A stretch of DNA of 63,181 nt, filler included, from Saprolegnia diclina VS20 (taxonomy: Eukaryota): assembly GCF_000281045.1 (NCBI RefSeq). It is 5 parts of 2 records of this genome, joined end to end, with 100 filler letters (N's around TTAATTAATTAA, not from the genome) between each part and the next. Parts side by side here need not be neighbours in the genome. Positions count along the whole stretch, not along the records: positions 1 to 26,730 come from NW_008246089.1; 4 more parts are not named here. One strand, 5' to 3'. The translations under genes were made by a program, and so were the position numbers. This document shows positions 1-12,500 of the stretch, piece by piece. Under the pieces are notes generated by a model that did not search any database, was not told where the DNA came from, and saw only the letters and a list, made by a program, of their open reading frames with translations. Numbering within the stretch: position 1 is the first letter of the stretch; each line of letters begins with the position of its first letter.

Positions 1-1049
1 GCGTCGGCGTAGCGCAGTACTGGCGGAAGCATCTGCACGCTGTCAATCGGGAGGTCGAGACTGCGGTAGGTGCCCAAAGGTACGTCTGCATAAGACGCGT
101 TGAACGCATCGTAGGTTGGAACTGGCGCCTGCAGAGCTTCCGTGACATAGATGACACGGGTCGGCGCATGTGGCAACAGACTCTCGGACACATCCGAGTC
201 GCGCACCGCCTCTGAGGCCGGCGGCCGCATTGCCACCGATGCTGGCAGAGGCAGAGTTTCGTCATGCAGAGCGAGGCTTTCGGCCGAGTGCTCGAGCATC
301 GGGATCATCGCATCCGGGCCCTTCTTGGCATACTTGGTGGGCACTGGAATGCAGTAGTACGCGTTGTCCCCGTCGGACGGCGCGACGACCGAGAGCCCGT
401 CGACGCGGTCGCTCGCTGGGGTAACCCGCCGGCGTGCGCGGTCCTTGACGACCTCGAGCATGCCTTCATCAAAGAGTGCAATGTAGGCAAAGTCGGGCAT
501 GAAGACAGGCGTGAGGCAGTACGTACTGCAGCAGACCTTGGCGAACGCGAGGAGGCGCAAGGCGACGGGTAGGACGACGAGGATGTAGACGATGCCAACG
601 ATGTGCATATTACCGCTGAGCCGCGCCTGCGTAAAGAAGAAGGTGCATGAGATGACGAGGCCGGCGCAGATGCAGAGCTCGATGAACTTCCACACGACAA
701 AGTAGATGGCGACGCGGAGAAGGTAAGGCTCCAAGACTACGTCGCGCGTCGGCTCGAGGTACAGCTTGGGCGCGTAGATGTTCCGAGCGCGGATCTCCCA
801 GCGGCAGAGCCACTCGAGGAAGCCGGACGTGACGTTCTCGCGTAAGAAGGCGCGCCAGAAGGCGCGAAAGCCGGCGGTGCGCTCGAACGGCGCGACCATG
901 AGCTGCAGCACGAACGAGAAGGCGAGCCAGAAAAGCCAGAGGTACAAGCCCACGAAGCTCAGCAGCGGCAGCGTCGGGAGGCTGTAGGCGTAGAAGAGCG
1001 CGAGCCGCCGGAACGAGCGGTCGCCGCCGAGGACCCACGATGGCAGCAT
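1..1049 (-). CDS. Membrane-anchored kinase-family paralogue, 5' part (runs off the window start)
   Basis: Not in the ORF track because there is no stop inside the window. Manual translation from the ATG at 1049 gives MLPSWVLGGDRSFRRLALF...FLEWLCRWEIRARNIY...RVAIYFVVWK...YYCIPVP, open to position 1. It is collinear with the N-terminus of the 1695 gene (MSWVLGGDRSLRRL...FLEWICRWEIRVRNVY...FYCIPVP). The kinase domain itself is outside the window and is inferred. Confidence 0.8.
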   Translation of the reverse strand, partial: MLPSWVLGGDRSFRRLALFYAYSLPTLPLLSFVGLYLWLFWLAFSFVLQLMVAPFERTAGFRAFWRAFLRENVTSGFLEWLCRWEIRARNIYAPKLYLEPTRDVVLEPYLLRVAIYFVVWKFIELCICAGLVISCTFFFTQARLSGNMHIVGIVYILVVLPVALRLLAFAKVCCSTYCLTPVFMPDFAYIALFDEGMLEVVKDRARRRVTPASDRVDGLSVVAPSDGDNAYYCIPVPTKYAKKGPDAMIPMLEHSAESLALHDETLPLPASVAMRPPASEAVRDSDVSESLLPHAPTRVIYVTEALQAPVPTYDAFNASYADVPLGTYRSLDLPIDSVQMLPPVLRYAD

Positions 1050-1694
1050 CGGCTCGGAGCGTGCTTGGTCGCCTGTGTCACGCGCCTACGACGCCATCTG
1101 GCGCCAAGAAAATATTGTATATTCTCGGCAGAGAACCCATGTTGCGACCTGGCAATATTGAGACGAGATTGGGATATGGCAAACGCAGAGCAATATCCCG
1201 TTTACTCCAGCAAAAACAATGTCAATCTCCTCCCTCCAGCACGACGTGGTCGATTGCATTTGGAGCTAAGCTTACTAGGCTGGGCGGTATAAGTATAGAG
1301 CCCAACCCAATGTACATGTGGGCCTGCAACGTGGTCGGTAGTCACCTTGCGGTTGGGTCCCGGATCTTCTCAAATTGAAAAATATATTGGTCGCCCCAAT
1401 ATTCAAATCTGCCAAACCTTTGACGCGTCCTGACAGAGCTTCGAGTACACCGACACGCCGGCAGGGTATGCAGCATAATGCAAGTACAGTGGTGACCTGT
1501 GTACCGTGGTAGGCCTGCAGAGGTAGCCTGTGGTCACGAAGAGAGCTCGCGGTCCATAACCTATCTTTCTCATATTCTCATAGCACGTGGGTGGGTGGTG
1601 CAAACTCCAATATTCTACACGATTGAGTCACTTTTGAGAGAATAAGAGACAAGTCAACTCGGCCTTTCTCAGTTTGCTGAATTGAGCAGTCTCC

Positions 1695-4287
1695 ATGTCG
1701 TGGGTCCTTGGCGGCGACCGGTCGCTGCGGCGGCTCGTCATCTTCTTCGTCTTCGCGGTGCTGAGCTATCTCCTCGTGAACGCGCTCGCCTTCACGATCT
1801 GGGTCTTCTGGGTTCTCATCTCGTTCCTGCTGCAAGCGTGCCTCGCGCCGTGTCAAGCGGGCGGCTTCAAAGCCTTCTTCCACTCGTTCCTGCACGAAAA
1901 CATCTACACGGGCTTTCTCGAGTGGATTTGCCGCTGGGAAATCCGCGTCCGGAACGTCTACGAGGTTAAAAACTACGTCGACCCGTCGCGCCCGGTCGCG
2001 GTCGGCGCGTACATTTGGCGCGTCGTCTTCTACTTTGTCTTATGGAAGACGCTCGAGAGCTCCGTCTTTGGCTTTATCAACCGCATCAGCATTACGATCT
2101 ACCACCCGCTCTACTTTGCCGACTCGGCGTCCAATTGGGACTGGTCCAACGACTTCAACGCCACGGCCTTCAACGACACGATCATCGCGCCGGGCGACGA
2201 CGACGACATTCCGTACACGGGCGTGAGCTTGGCCTTTGTCACCATCGGCGTTGTCCTCGGCACGATCCTCGCATTGCGCATCCTTGCGTACATCATTTGC
2301 CGCGTCTGCTCGCTGTGCATTGACCCGATCTTCCGCCCCAAGTACAAGTACACGACGACCGACGTTGTCGCGCCGCCGCCAAGCAACGACGACAAGGTAT
2401 CTCGGTTCATGCACAACGGATACATTCAGTTTGACGACTCGGCCCTGCGCGTCCCGCCGCATGCGGTGCGCGGCGAAGGTGCGCTCGGCCTCACGATTCA
2501 AAATGGCGCTACCGATTTCTACTGCATTCCAGTGCCAGACCCGCCCGAGTTGACAGCCAATACCAAGCCACCGCCGACGCCGATCCCGCTGCTGGAGAGC
2601 ATCTCAACAGCGAACCCACGTGCCAGCATCGAGCATCGCGAGGACGCAAAGCGGCAACGACTCGTACACACCGAGTCGTCAAGTAACTATGCCCGGCAAT
2701 CGTCGATGATGACGCTCCTCGAAGCCCCCGAGCCAATCGATGCGCCAATCCGGAATCTCGTCGTCGCACCTGCTACCCAAGCGACCAACTACGACCCGTT
2801 CCCAGCGTCCTTCGAAGCGCCGCGATCTGGCATCTACCGCAGCATCGACGTGCCTTCCTTTCAAGAGACAACGGCCAATCTCACCGTGTTGGCCGACTAT
2901 GACGTACTCTCGCCGACCAACCGCAAGTCGCAGTCGTTCCAGCTACCACGCATCTCACGCGCGATCGACCAGACCATCTCGGCTCGACCAGCAACGGTCG
3001 ACCCGGTGCACTTTTCAGCATTTTGCCCGCCGGTCGTCAGCACCAGTGTCTTTACCTTCTCCATCTGGGCCTTCCTCGTCCACCAGCGCGACGAGATGCG
3101 CGAAGAAGCGACAAAGCTAACCGATGGCGCCAAACAGCTCTCGCGCGAGGTGCTCATGCACGTCCGCCGCGGCGCGCGTGTGCACGTGACGCTGTCGGTG
3201 CCGGACGGGTTNNNNNNNNNNNNNNNNNNNNNNNNNNNNNNNNNNNNNNNNNNNNNNNNNNNNNNNNNNNNNNNNNNNNNNNNNNNNNNNNNNNNNNNNN
3301 NNNNNNNNNNNNNNNNNNNNNNNNNNNNNNNNNNNNNNNNNNNNNNNNNNNNNNNNNNNNNNNNNNNNNNNNNNNNAGACGTACGAAGAGATCGCGTACG
3401 ACGAGCTCGAGATGAAGAACCTTGTGGGTCGAGGCAACTTTGGCGACGCGTACCGCGCTCGGTACCGCGGCCAGGACGTACGTTGTCTCATACTGAGACT
3501 CTGAGATCTTACTCGATGTGTAGGTCGTGGTCAAGACGCTCCGGCCGAGCGAGTTTGGCGACAACCAAGACCAGATCGTGCAAGAGTTTCGGCACGAAGC
3601 CGCGGTGCTGTCGCTCTTTGGGCACCATCCCAACATTGTGCCGTTTGTGGGTGCGTGCACAGACCTCTCGCAGCCGCTGAGTCTCGTGACCGAGTACCTT
3701 CCGTTTGGGAGTCTCGAAGACCAGCGTTCCCAGTTGAGTGCGGCGCAGAAGCAGCAGATTCTCAAGGGTGCGGCGTCCGGCTTTCTGAACATGCACGAAG
3801 GTCGGTTCATCCATCGCGACATTGCAGCCCGGTACGATCTCTCTTTTCTTGTCTCTCTGAGATGAGATGATCTGGTATCTGAGAATCTCACATCTGAACT
3901 AGCAACTGCCTCGTGGACGCGAATCTTAACGCCAAAGTGTGCGACTTTGGCATGTGTCGGCGCGTCGGCGCGGTGGGCGGCAGCTACTTTGCGCACGGGA
4001 CGGGGCCGCTCAAGTACATGGCGCCCGAGTCGCTGACGCCGCCACACGCTTTTTCGTACCAGTCGGACGTCTACTCGTTCGGCGTCTTGATCTGGGAGAC
4101 GTACCACGGCGTGAGTCCGTTTGTGGGTCTGAACGGTACCGAGGCAGCAGCGCGCGTCTTGTCGGGCGACCGATTGGCACTCTCGGAGGCGATTCCGCTG
4201 CATTTGCAAGACCTCGTGACGCAGTGCTTTCGCGACGACCCGTCCAAGCGGCCGAGCATGGCGCAGGTGCTGCTGGCACTCGAGTGA
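1695..4287 (+). CDS. Multi-pass membrane protein kinase (TKL/TK-like), spliced, interrupted by a gap
   Basis: Hydrophobic N-terminal helices, a Pro/Ser linker, a beta-rich domain (VHFSAFCPP...), then kinase motifs GRGNFG, VVVK, HRDIAARN, DFG, GPLKYMAPES and SDVYSFG. GT-AG introns at 3478-3523 and 3832-3902 restore the frame. N gap at 3212-3376. Confidence 0.9.
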
Positions 4288-4605
4288 CAAGTTACCGTCC
4301 TGCCGTATTTAATACTAACGTTAGTTAGCTTTGGCTTTTCGTGGTGTGAGGTGCAGTCATGCTCGAGCGAGCAAACGAGCTGCTTTGCGATAGTTGAGCC
4401 CCACGGGGAAGATGGATTTGCTAAAACGTTGTTTACTGTGTGCTGCGTGGGCTGTTGCAGCTGCTGCATTACACGGCTACTCTGATCGACAGGTCGGTCC
4501 GCTGGCTGCAACTAATTCATACAGTTATAGCAGCGTGCTCATTCAGGCGTAGCGCTACGTATGCGAAGACTTTGTGTCATAATGAAGATAACGCGGAACA
4601 CGTTC

Positions 4606-4628
4606 ATATATATATATATATATATATA
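4606..4628. repeat. (AT)n microsatellite
   Basis: Directly visible ATATAT run. TATAGCAGCGTGCTCA occurs at ~4526 and again at ~4625. Confidence 0.9.
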
Positions 4629-4949
4629 GCAGCGTGCTCAGTACAAAAGCCTAGTGTCAGGTCAGCCGATGTGAATTTAATTCCCGAATATGGAACCTGT
4701 GGTGCTGGGCGGTATGCCTGAGCTGCAATAAAGTACGGGCTTCCGAGTGTCTCGTGACCGTATGCCAGCCCCGAGTTGCCGAGCCTTACGTCTAACGTGG
4801 TATCCGCCATACTAGTATCCCTTGGACGCAGCGGTAGACCAGTCACACGGAATGAGGGCCTTTGGAATGACGTGCTTGTCACTGCCGTCCAAGAACGAAG
4901 ACAACTTGTCTGAGAAGAGATAGTATAAACAAATTGAGCTGCATTGCAT

Positions 4950-6130
4950 TTACAGGTTGAGCGAAAACTTGACTTTTTGCTTCTTCCCCGCCGGCGCACT
5001 CGACGTCGCCGATGACGCCGGCGTCGATGCCGGGCCCGACGCAGCGCTGGCCGACCGCTTCTTGGCGCTCGGCGCCTCCAAGTGCGAAAAGATACCGCCA
5101 ATCTTGCCGCCAATCTTCTTGCCCTGGGCGGGCGCCACGTACCGGCCCTTGTTTTGGCCCTTGACAACGTCGCCAAGCGCTTCGTGGATGCCGGCAAAGT
5201 TGTCGATCTTCCCGATCGAGTCGGCGGCCATCGCGTCGCGTTCGCGCTGGCGCTTGCGGATCTTGTCCTTGCGCGACGTGACGAGACGCACGAAGCGCTC
5301 CTCTTCGTAGTCGGTCTTCTCGCGAGCTTCGTTTGCGAGTTCCTTGTCGAGCGCCGACGAGCCGCTCGTGAGGATCTCCTGCGGCCGCTCGCTGTACTCT
5401 TCGCGAACTTCGGACAAAATCGTGCTCTTGGCGAGGCGCTTGCGGTTGCGCTCGTCGCGCTTGGCCTTCTTGTCGGCCTCCTTCTCCTCTTCGTCGTACG
5501 GCACGGACGCCATGCGGGGCGCACGGTACACACCGTCCTTGGACTTCTTGCCCTCGTACGTGTCGTCGCCGTCGTCGTCGCCAGCGTCGTCCGAGTCGGC
5601 GTCATCGTCGGCCTTCAAAGCGTCCGGGTTGGGCGCGTAGCTCAGCGCTTCGTCGAGCTGGGATACGTCCGAGACGGCAATCTTGAGCAGCTTGTCGACT
5701 TGGTACTTGAGCTTCCGGTCCAGCGGGCTAGATAAGCGCGGTGACCAGGGTGCTCTTGCCAAACAGAGAGACGTACCGCATGCGTTCGAGGATCGTGCGG
5801 TAGCGGACGAGCTCCTTGAAGACAGGGTGGTCCTTGACGGCGTCGGGCGACTCGAGCTGTCAACGATGATATGAGATATACGCCACCGCGTGCCATGGTC
5901 TACCTTGAGGAGCGCAAAGAACATCGAGAGCTGCGAGTACTGCATGAGCGCATGGTTCTTGATCTGGAGGAGGCCCATGCCCGAGTCCGTCGGCAGCTTG
6001 TCCTACGCCGCCGTGATGAGCATGACGTATGGCAGGCGCCGCTTTGGCCTACCGAGAGCGTCTCGCGGAACTCGCCAATCTTCTCCTGGAGGAGCTTGAT
6101 GTCCTTCTCGACCTTCGTCAGTACTTCCAT
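4950..6130 (-). CDS. NGDN: Neuroguidin/Lcp5 (Sas10/Utp3/C1D family, SSU processome), spliced
   Basis: GLLQIKNHALMQY, PLDRKLKYQVDKLL, GVYRAPR, ILSEVREEYSERPQE and DYEEERFVRL are typical of Lcp5/neuroguidin. First exon MEVLTKVEKD starts at 6130. Confidence 0.85.
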
Positions 6131-6531
6131 GGTTCGGCGACTACTACGCAGAGGCTGCTCAGACCCTCGGCCATGGCCCTCGCCGACGTACCGCGTTGGT
6201 GGAACTTGAAGTGATGAATCTATTGGTCGTCGCAGGGCGGCTTGGGATTGGCTAAAAGTCGGATTTGTTTCACCAACCACTTGCGTCTTCATTTTGGCCA
6301 ATCGCATCGCGTCATGTGGACAATGCAACAACTCGAATGTTGTCCTGTACGTCGACTAACTAACAAAGAGTTGGTCAAGGCCTGCCATACATTGTACACT
6401 ACATAGCACGCTAAACCACCACCCCAACGCTGCACCTCATGCTCGAAATTATCTCTCGGGTTGACGAGCAGAGTGCCCGTCCATTGACATCTGGAAAGGG
6501 CAATGTAACGAAGTGGCCGAAACCGACACGG

Positions 6532-7729
6532 ATGGCCGCACCGTCAAGCCCAAGCTCGGATGGGACGGACCCGCCGCTGCTGCCATCGATGCCGTCATTT
6601 TCGCAGCTACCCGTGACCACCTATGTGCGCTGCCTCCACCTGCACGCTGCGTTTCGCAAGGCATTTGCTTCGCCACCGGTCCACCTACTGCAGGACGCGG
6701 CGGCAACCGAACGCCTCGGAGCATCGCTCCAGGAGCTCATCACATGCGGACGGTCCGACGAAGCGCACAGTCCCAGCAGCAGCGCGATGATTCTCTTGCC
6801 ATCCATACGGCTCTTTCTCCAGATTGTTCTTGCCCAGGACCTTTTGACCTTCGCCAAGGCGCCCACCGTGTCGATGGACGTGCTACTGAGCGTCGGCAGC
6901 TTCCACCGCGTCCTTTTGCATACGACGCAGAGCATCGACGCTGTACTAAGCGTCGTCGCCGCGTACCTCGAGTCGATTTCGTATGCACCTGCCTTTACAG
7001 GCACCCTCGTCACGCCACTCGAAGAGCTCCAGGCGCAGCTCAAGCTGCACTTGGCGCTCTGGACCGAAGAGTGGGTAGCTCTCATCACGCGGGTATGCAT
7101 CCTAGAGGTGTATACATATCAAGAAGGAGCGTAGGCGGCCAAGCACATTTGCGATCGGCAAGGGATTCCAGCGACACCCTCGGCGGCGGATCGCATGGCG
7201 CTTCGGGTAGGAATGCTCTCGCGTACTAGTCCAAGCGTCGAAGTAGACGAGCCCGTACGCACAAGAGCTCCTGCATGTCATCTTACAGCCGCTGGGAACC
7301 TTTCTTGTCTCTGAGCCCAATATTGCATCGCGCACTTACCTTCTGCATCTCGTGTCGCGTCACACGTTTGAAGCCTGGATCGAGTACGAGCTGTGGCGCT
7401 TGGATGCCGTGCAGATACCAACGCACTTGCGACGATGTAGGGAGCTCGCAAGTATCACCAAAGTCTCGGAAGCGGGCAGTGTCCAGCTGCGCAAAGACGT
7501 CGAGACGGTCAAGCTCTGGTGCGGCGACGTCGACTCGCGGCACCGTGAAGTCCATGGGTACAGCCGCCTACAGAATACAAGCACGCTCCAGCGTCTCGAC
7601 AGAACCGTGGCAGCATGGCGCCAAACCGAGATGCGCAAGCGCCGGTCGAGCTTTGACATGGTCATGGACTCGAGCCTCATCACTACGTCGCGCCACTTGG
7701 CCGATCGAATGACAATGAACAACAAGTAG
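6532..7729 (+). CDS. Hypothetical spliced protein
   Basis: Consecutive same-strand ORFs (6439-7134, 7352-7729) with coding-like composition and plausible intron ends. No recognisable domain; start uncertain. Confidence 0.5.
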
Positions 7730-7901
7730 TCGCTCCACCGTGTCGACAAGGGGCTACAACACGTCCTTGAGTCCTTCAAAGGGAACCAGAGACGAGACTC
7801 TAAGGCCCAGCAAGCACACAACGCTCAAGTCGAAAACATCAGCTTTAAACGTATACTACAGTACCAGCGAGTCCTACTTCTATCTAGATGCCGTTATTCG
7901 T

Positions 7902-9047
7902 TCAGCAGTGAGTCTTGGCGATCGCATTGGGCGGCAGCACGCCTTTACTCTCGAGCTGCGCCACGATCTTGTTGAACTTGATGCCGCCGTTGCCATACTC
8001 GCCGCACGACCCGCAGTTGTGCAAGCCGACGACCACATGGTCCTTGGCCGAGAGGACAGGCGAGCCCGAGTTGCCCCCAAGCGTCCCGAGGTTGTACGTG
8101 AACTCGTCCTTCTGGCACGACTCCAACGGCGTCGGTCCATTGTCCATGTCGTGGCTAAGCTTGGTAATTTCCCCCATCACGTTGTTCGCCACATATGCCG
8201 ACACACGCTTGCTCCAAAAGTTGGGGTGGCCCGAGACGTACACGTGCTCCCCGAGCGCCGGCCCGGACGCGCGCACCTGGAGGTAGCCCCACTGGCTCAA
8301 ATCCACGCCGTCCTTGACGTTGAGCTTGAAGAGCGCAAAGTCGTTGGCCGTGTCCGACATGACAAACGTAGCATTTGTTGCGACGATCGTGCCCTTGCAC
8401 GCGCCGTGGACGTTGTGCTGGCTCGCGTCGTCGCAGTCGCACTCGGCCCCCAAGTCGACTTGCACTTCGCTCCCGTCTTCGTCGATACCGATGCAATGTT
8501 CGTTTGTAATCAAATGACCCTCGGACCCAATGAGCCACCCCGTGCACTCGGAGATGCCTTGGATGAGAAGCCGGGCGACGGCGCGGCTCGGCGCGTGCAT
8601 GCTCGTGTTGCGGTAGCAGGATGCCGGTCGCGTAAAGTCTTCGCCGCAAATTTCTTCAGTCACGCCAACGCGGTGTCCAAAGGCCACCTTATCGATGACA
8701 AAGACGGGCGTCGACCGCGCCTCGTAGTGCGGTGCGTCGTACGTAAGGGTAACGGCGTCGCCCGCGAGCCACTCGGCGAAGAAGCTGCCGCGATGGTCAC
8801 CGCCGGCAAACGCCACAACATCCTGCCCGCTCTTGTCAACGAGGCGAAGCGTTCCGTTGATGGGTATGTCAAGGCTCGCAAAATGCACCGCTACGTACGT
8901 GGCCTTGGGCTTTTCGATGACGTGGCGAAACGGCGCGCCGCCATCAAACGAGAGCGAAAGCGGCGAGAGCGCCCCGGCCGACCCGACGGCTGCGGCGGCG
9001 ACGACGCTGAGAAGCGCAAGAAGACACGTCCGTACGAGCAGCTGCAT
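7902..9047 (-). CDS. Secreted S1 (trypsin-fold, bacterial lysyl/glutamyl-endopeptidase-like) serine protease
   Basis: Signal peptide MQLLVRTCLLALLSVVAAAA, pro-domain ending EEICGED, and triad motifs CTGWLIG...TNEHC, DFALF and GGNSGSP. Intronless. Confidence 0.9.
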   Translation of the reverse strand: MQLLVRTCLLALLSVVAAAAVGSAGALSPLSLSFDGGAPFRHVIEKPKATYVAVHFASLDIPINGTLRLVDKSGQDVVAFAGGDHRGSFFAEWLAGDAVTLTYDAPHYEARSTPVFVIDKVAFGHRVGVTEEICGEDFTRPASCYRNTSMHAPSRAVARLLIQGISECTGWLIGSEGHLITNEHCIGIDEDGSEVQVDLGAECDCDDASQHNVHGACKGTIVATNATFVMSDTANDFALFKLNVKDGVDLSQWGYLQVRASGPALGEHVYVSGHPNFWSKRVSAYVANNVMGEITKLSHDMDNGPTPLESCQKDEFTYNLGTLGGNSGSPVLSAKDHVVVGLHNCGSCGEYGNGGIKFNKIVAQLESKGVLPPNAIAKTHC

Positions 9048-9584
9048 ACGGCGTGTCGACGGCGAATGCCAAAATGCGGTTTCCATCACGAGTCATTGCG
9101 TTTTGGATATCCAAAATCAGATGCGTACTCAGACAGGACAAATCCAGGTGCTCGACCAATCTGAGTTTGGTATCTGAGACGCACCGCATCTTCCCAGACG
9201 CCATCACCAATCAGACTATCCGACCAATCTCAAGACTCGTGACTGCTTGGACGGTAAGCACACGTTACGGAGCCCGCACGGCACACGACCGGCAGCTAAT
9301 GCCGACGCCTCTGACTGCCAGCGATAGACGATTGAAGCGGACGCCGACGCAACAAGAGAGATGCCCCTCTAGCTTTGCCTCGTGGTATGGGTTCAAACAT
9401 GCCCCAACTGTTGATTCCACTTCTCTTTCGTTTCTTGGGCAAGACGACAATGACGTCAGTCAACCAAGCTAAGGACATCTGGTTCTTTACAGTCATCAAA
9501 TATCCATGGACCAATGTAGTATTACATCGCACTCGTGCCGAGCCAGTGCTCGTGTATGGTGACAAAGGTTATTGAAGATAGAGT

Positions 9585-12500
9585 CTAGGCTACGACCAGG
9601 TCGACGACAATCTCCAGAGGAACTCGAGTCGCCGAGAGCTTCAAGCGCACTTCGGAGAAGTAGCCGAGGTCGAGCTTAGCGCCAAAGACCGAGATCTTGA
9701 GGTGGTTGGTGAGCTTGTCGAGCTCGCCCGTCGCGCCAATGTCCTCCAAGAAGAGACGCTTCTCGAACCCAAACTCGGGCATGAGCACTGTGAAGCTCTT
9801 GTTGCCGAGGCCGACGACCGTGCCACTCGTTTCCGTTGGCTTCTCGGCGAGGTACATGGCCAAAAAGAGCTTGTCGCAGCCGACTTGCGCATTCTTGGCG
9901 TTGGCCTTTTGGCGGTTGCAGCGATCCACGTCGTCGGGGTTGACGCCCACGCGCTCGTCTGTGAGGCTTGCAAGCAGGAGACGGTGCACGAGCACATCGG
10001 CGTACCTACACCATCCAACTGAGGTCATGGACATAGACTTGCAGTACCGGCGAATCGGCGATGTAAAGTGCGTGTAGTACGGAATGTTGAGCGCATAATG
10101 GCGGTCGTCGTGCGTCAGCTGGTCGGCCACATTGTACGCAGCCGGCTGCATCGGCTTGGTGAGTACGTGCATGACGGCCGAGAAGACACGCTCGCCCCGC
10201 GTCGCCAAGAGGTCGTCGAGCCACGTGCTGAGCTCGACGCTCGGGTCTTTTGTGATACCGATCGCTGCAAGGTCGTGCCACGCCCGGGGCCACTGATCTG
10301 GGTCGGGCACCGGGTGGTGCCGCAGAACAGCGACGTTGTGCGGTGCCTGGAGCAGCTTTTGCGCGACGAGAAAGTTGGCAACAAGCATGAACTCTTCAAT
10401 GAGCCGGTTCGAGTCGCGGATCGGGTACGATGCGACACTTCTCGGCGCATCGCCATCGAGCACAAAGCTCAACTTGGTGTTTTGGAGACTCACCGAGCCG
10501 GTTTCGAAGCGCACTCGGCGGCGCGTTTGAGCCAGCGACCAGAGTTGCTGGACATTTTCGTGCACGACCCGGTACAGGGATGCATCTTGCGGACGCCGCG
10601 CGGTCGGCCACATCTCTTCCGAGTACGTCATGTCGCCGTTTTGCTGCAATGGCATCTCGAGCAAGAGCTGCGCCGTGCCATAGTCGAGCTGGCACACGGA
10701 CCGAATCAGCGTCTTGCCATACCAAATCGGCGCGTCGACGACAAACATGCCGTCGGGATGCATACGCCACACCACCTACACCATCTCGGAATTGAATACA
10801 CTATCAATGATACGACCACCGAACCGAGAAGGCGAGCCGGTCCGTGTACGGCTGGAGCGAGCAGAGCGACTCGCAGAGCCGGCGCGGTAGCATCGGCAGC
10901 ACCTGGTTGACCAAGTACACACTGGTGCAGCGGCGCTTGGCCTCGGCGTCGAGAGGCGACCCCGCCTCCACAAAATGCGCAACGTCGGCAATGTGCACGC
11001 CAATCTCAAACGTGCCGTCGGCGAGGCGCTGGATCGAGAGCGCGTCGTCAAGATCACGCGCGTTCCACGGGTCGATCGAGAAGATGGTCCAGTCGCGGAG
11101 GTCCCGGCGGCGCGCGACTTCGTCGTCCGGGACGACCCAGTCTTCGGACGGCAGCGACGCTTCGATCGCCGGAACAAACGGCAACAAATGATCTTCCACG
11201 CCCGTGGCGATGAGGAGCGCTTCGATCTCGGGCGCGCTCGTACCAATCAACCCAGTGGTTTGCACAAAAATTCCCTAATCAATCCCGCGATCATGAACTC
11301 TCCTGTCGTCTGCAATGGTACCTGTGGCGACCGGTGGCTCGTTGCCCATGTGCCGAGCTTGACAATGCACAGCTTGGTGGTGGAAAACTCTTCAGGGTCC
11401 GTCGTGTACTCGCTCGGCATCGTGCCGCTCGGAATGCGGATGCCCCGGGGCAGGCGCTCGTCGCGCGCGTCAAAGAGCGCAGCACCACTTGTGACACGCA
11501 CCGTGCCAATGTACACGTGGTCGCCGCGCTTGGCGATGCGCACGACCTTGCCCGTGGGCTGGAGGCTGGCGTTCTTGAGGCGCGCTTCTAGGGCTGAGAG
11601 CGTTGCCTGCAGCGCCGACGTGCCCTTGGTGCTCGCGGGTTTCGGCCCCGGCGACGTGGCCGTCACTAGCGGGTTCCAGAGACCTGGCGGCACGACCGTT
11701 GTCGACGTTGGCACGACGACTGTGGATGTCTTTGGCGACGACGTCGTCTTCCACTGCGACTGCGGGTGCAGCTCAATGAGGACGAGGTCGCCGTCGACCG
11801 CGCGGTTCTGGTCGACAACCCCGTGGATGTTGATGTCTGTGTCGAGGCCCTCGACGGTCACGTAGCTGTCGTACTTGTTGCCTTTACTGACGCGAAGAAG
11901 ACCTTGGAGGTACGTGCCTCTCGCAAGACCAACGTGCGCGTCCTTCTCCGAGACATGGGCCGCGTAGAGCGGGTCGCCTGCCTTCTTCGACTTGTTGGAT
12001 TTGGGCGCCGGCGTGGGCTTGTCACTGAGCGCCGGCGCGTCGTCCGAGGCCTTGCGGACAGCGTCCTTGTGTGGTTGCTTCTTGTTCTTCTTCTTGGTGC
12101 CAAGCGCCGGTTTGTCTTCGACTGCTGTCGTGGCGCAGTCGGTAGTCGCGACTGCTTTCTTTGTCTGGCGATCGAATTTCTTGGGCTCCTTCACCAGGGA
12201 CGTTGCGCCGAGCAGCAGCGATACACCATCCGCCGCCGACGAACCCTCTTCAAGAGGCACTGTGCTTTCGCTCTTGGCCTTTTTCTTCTTGTTCTTCTTG
12301 GTCTTGGAGACCTTGGCGTCTGCGATTGTCGGGGGGTTTTCCTTGACCTTCGGCGACATTGGCATGGCGCTGGCGCTGGTCTTGGGCGACGCGACCATTC
12401 CAGTGTCGTTGGGGACGCTATGGCTCGAGGTCGCGTCCACTGTCGCGTCCGCAGTCGCCACGGTAGCAGACGATGCAGGCTTGGGCTTGTTCTTGCGCGG

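Noticed and set aside
4526..4640. 16-bp direct repeat next to the AT microsatellite
   Set aside because: No terminal repeats or other evidence of an insertion; probably a local duplication.
7740..9164. 474-aa plus-strand ORF and many similar overlapping ORFs
   Set aside because: Antisense or off-frame shadows expected in high-GC3 coding DNA.
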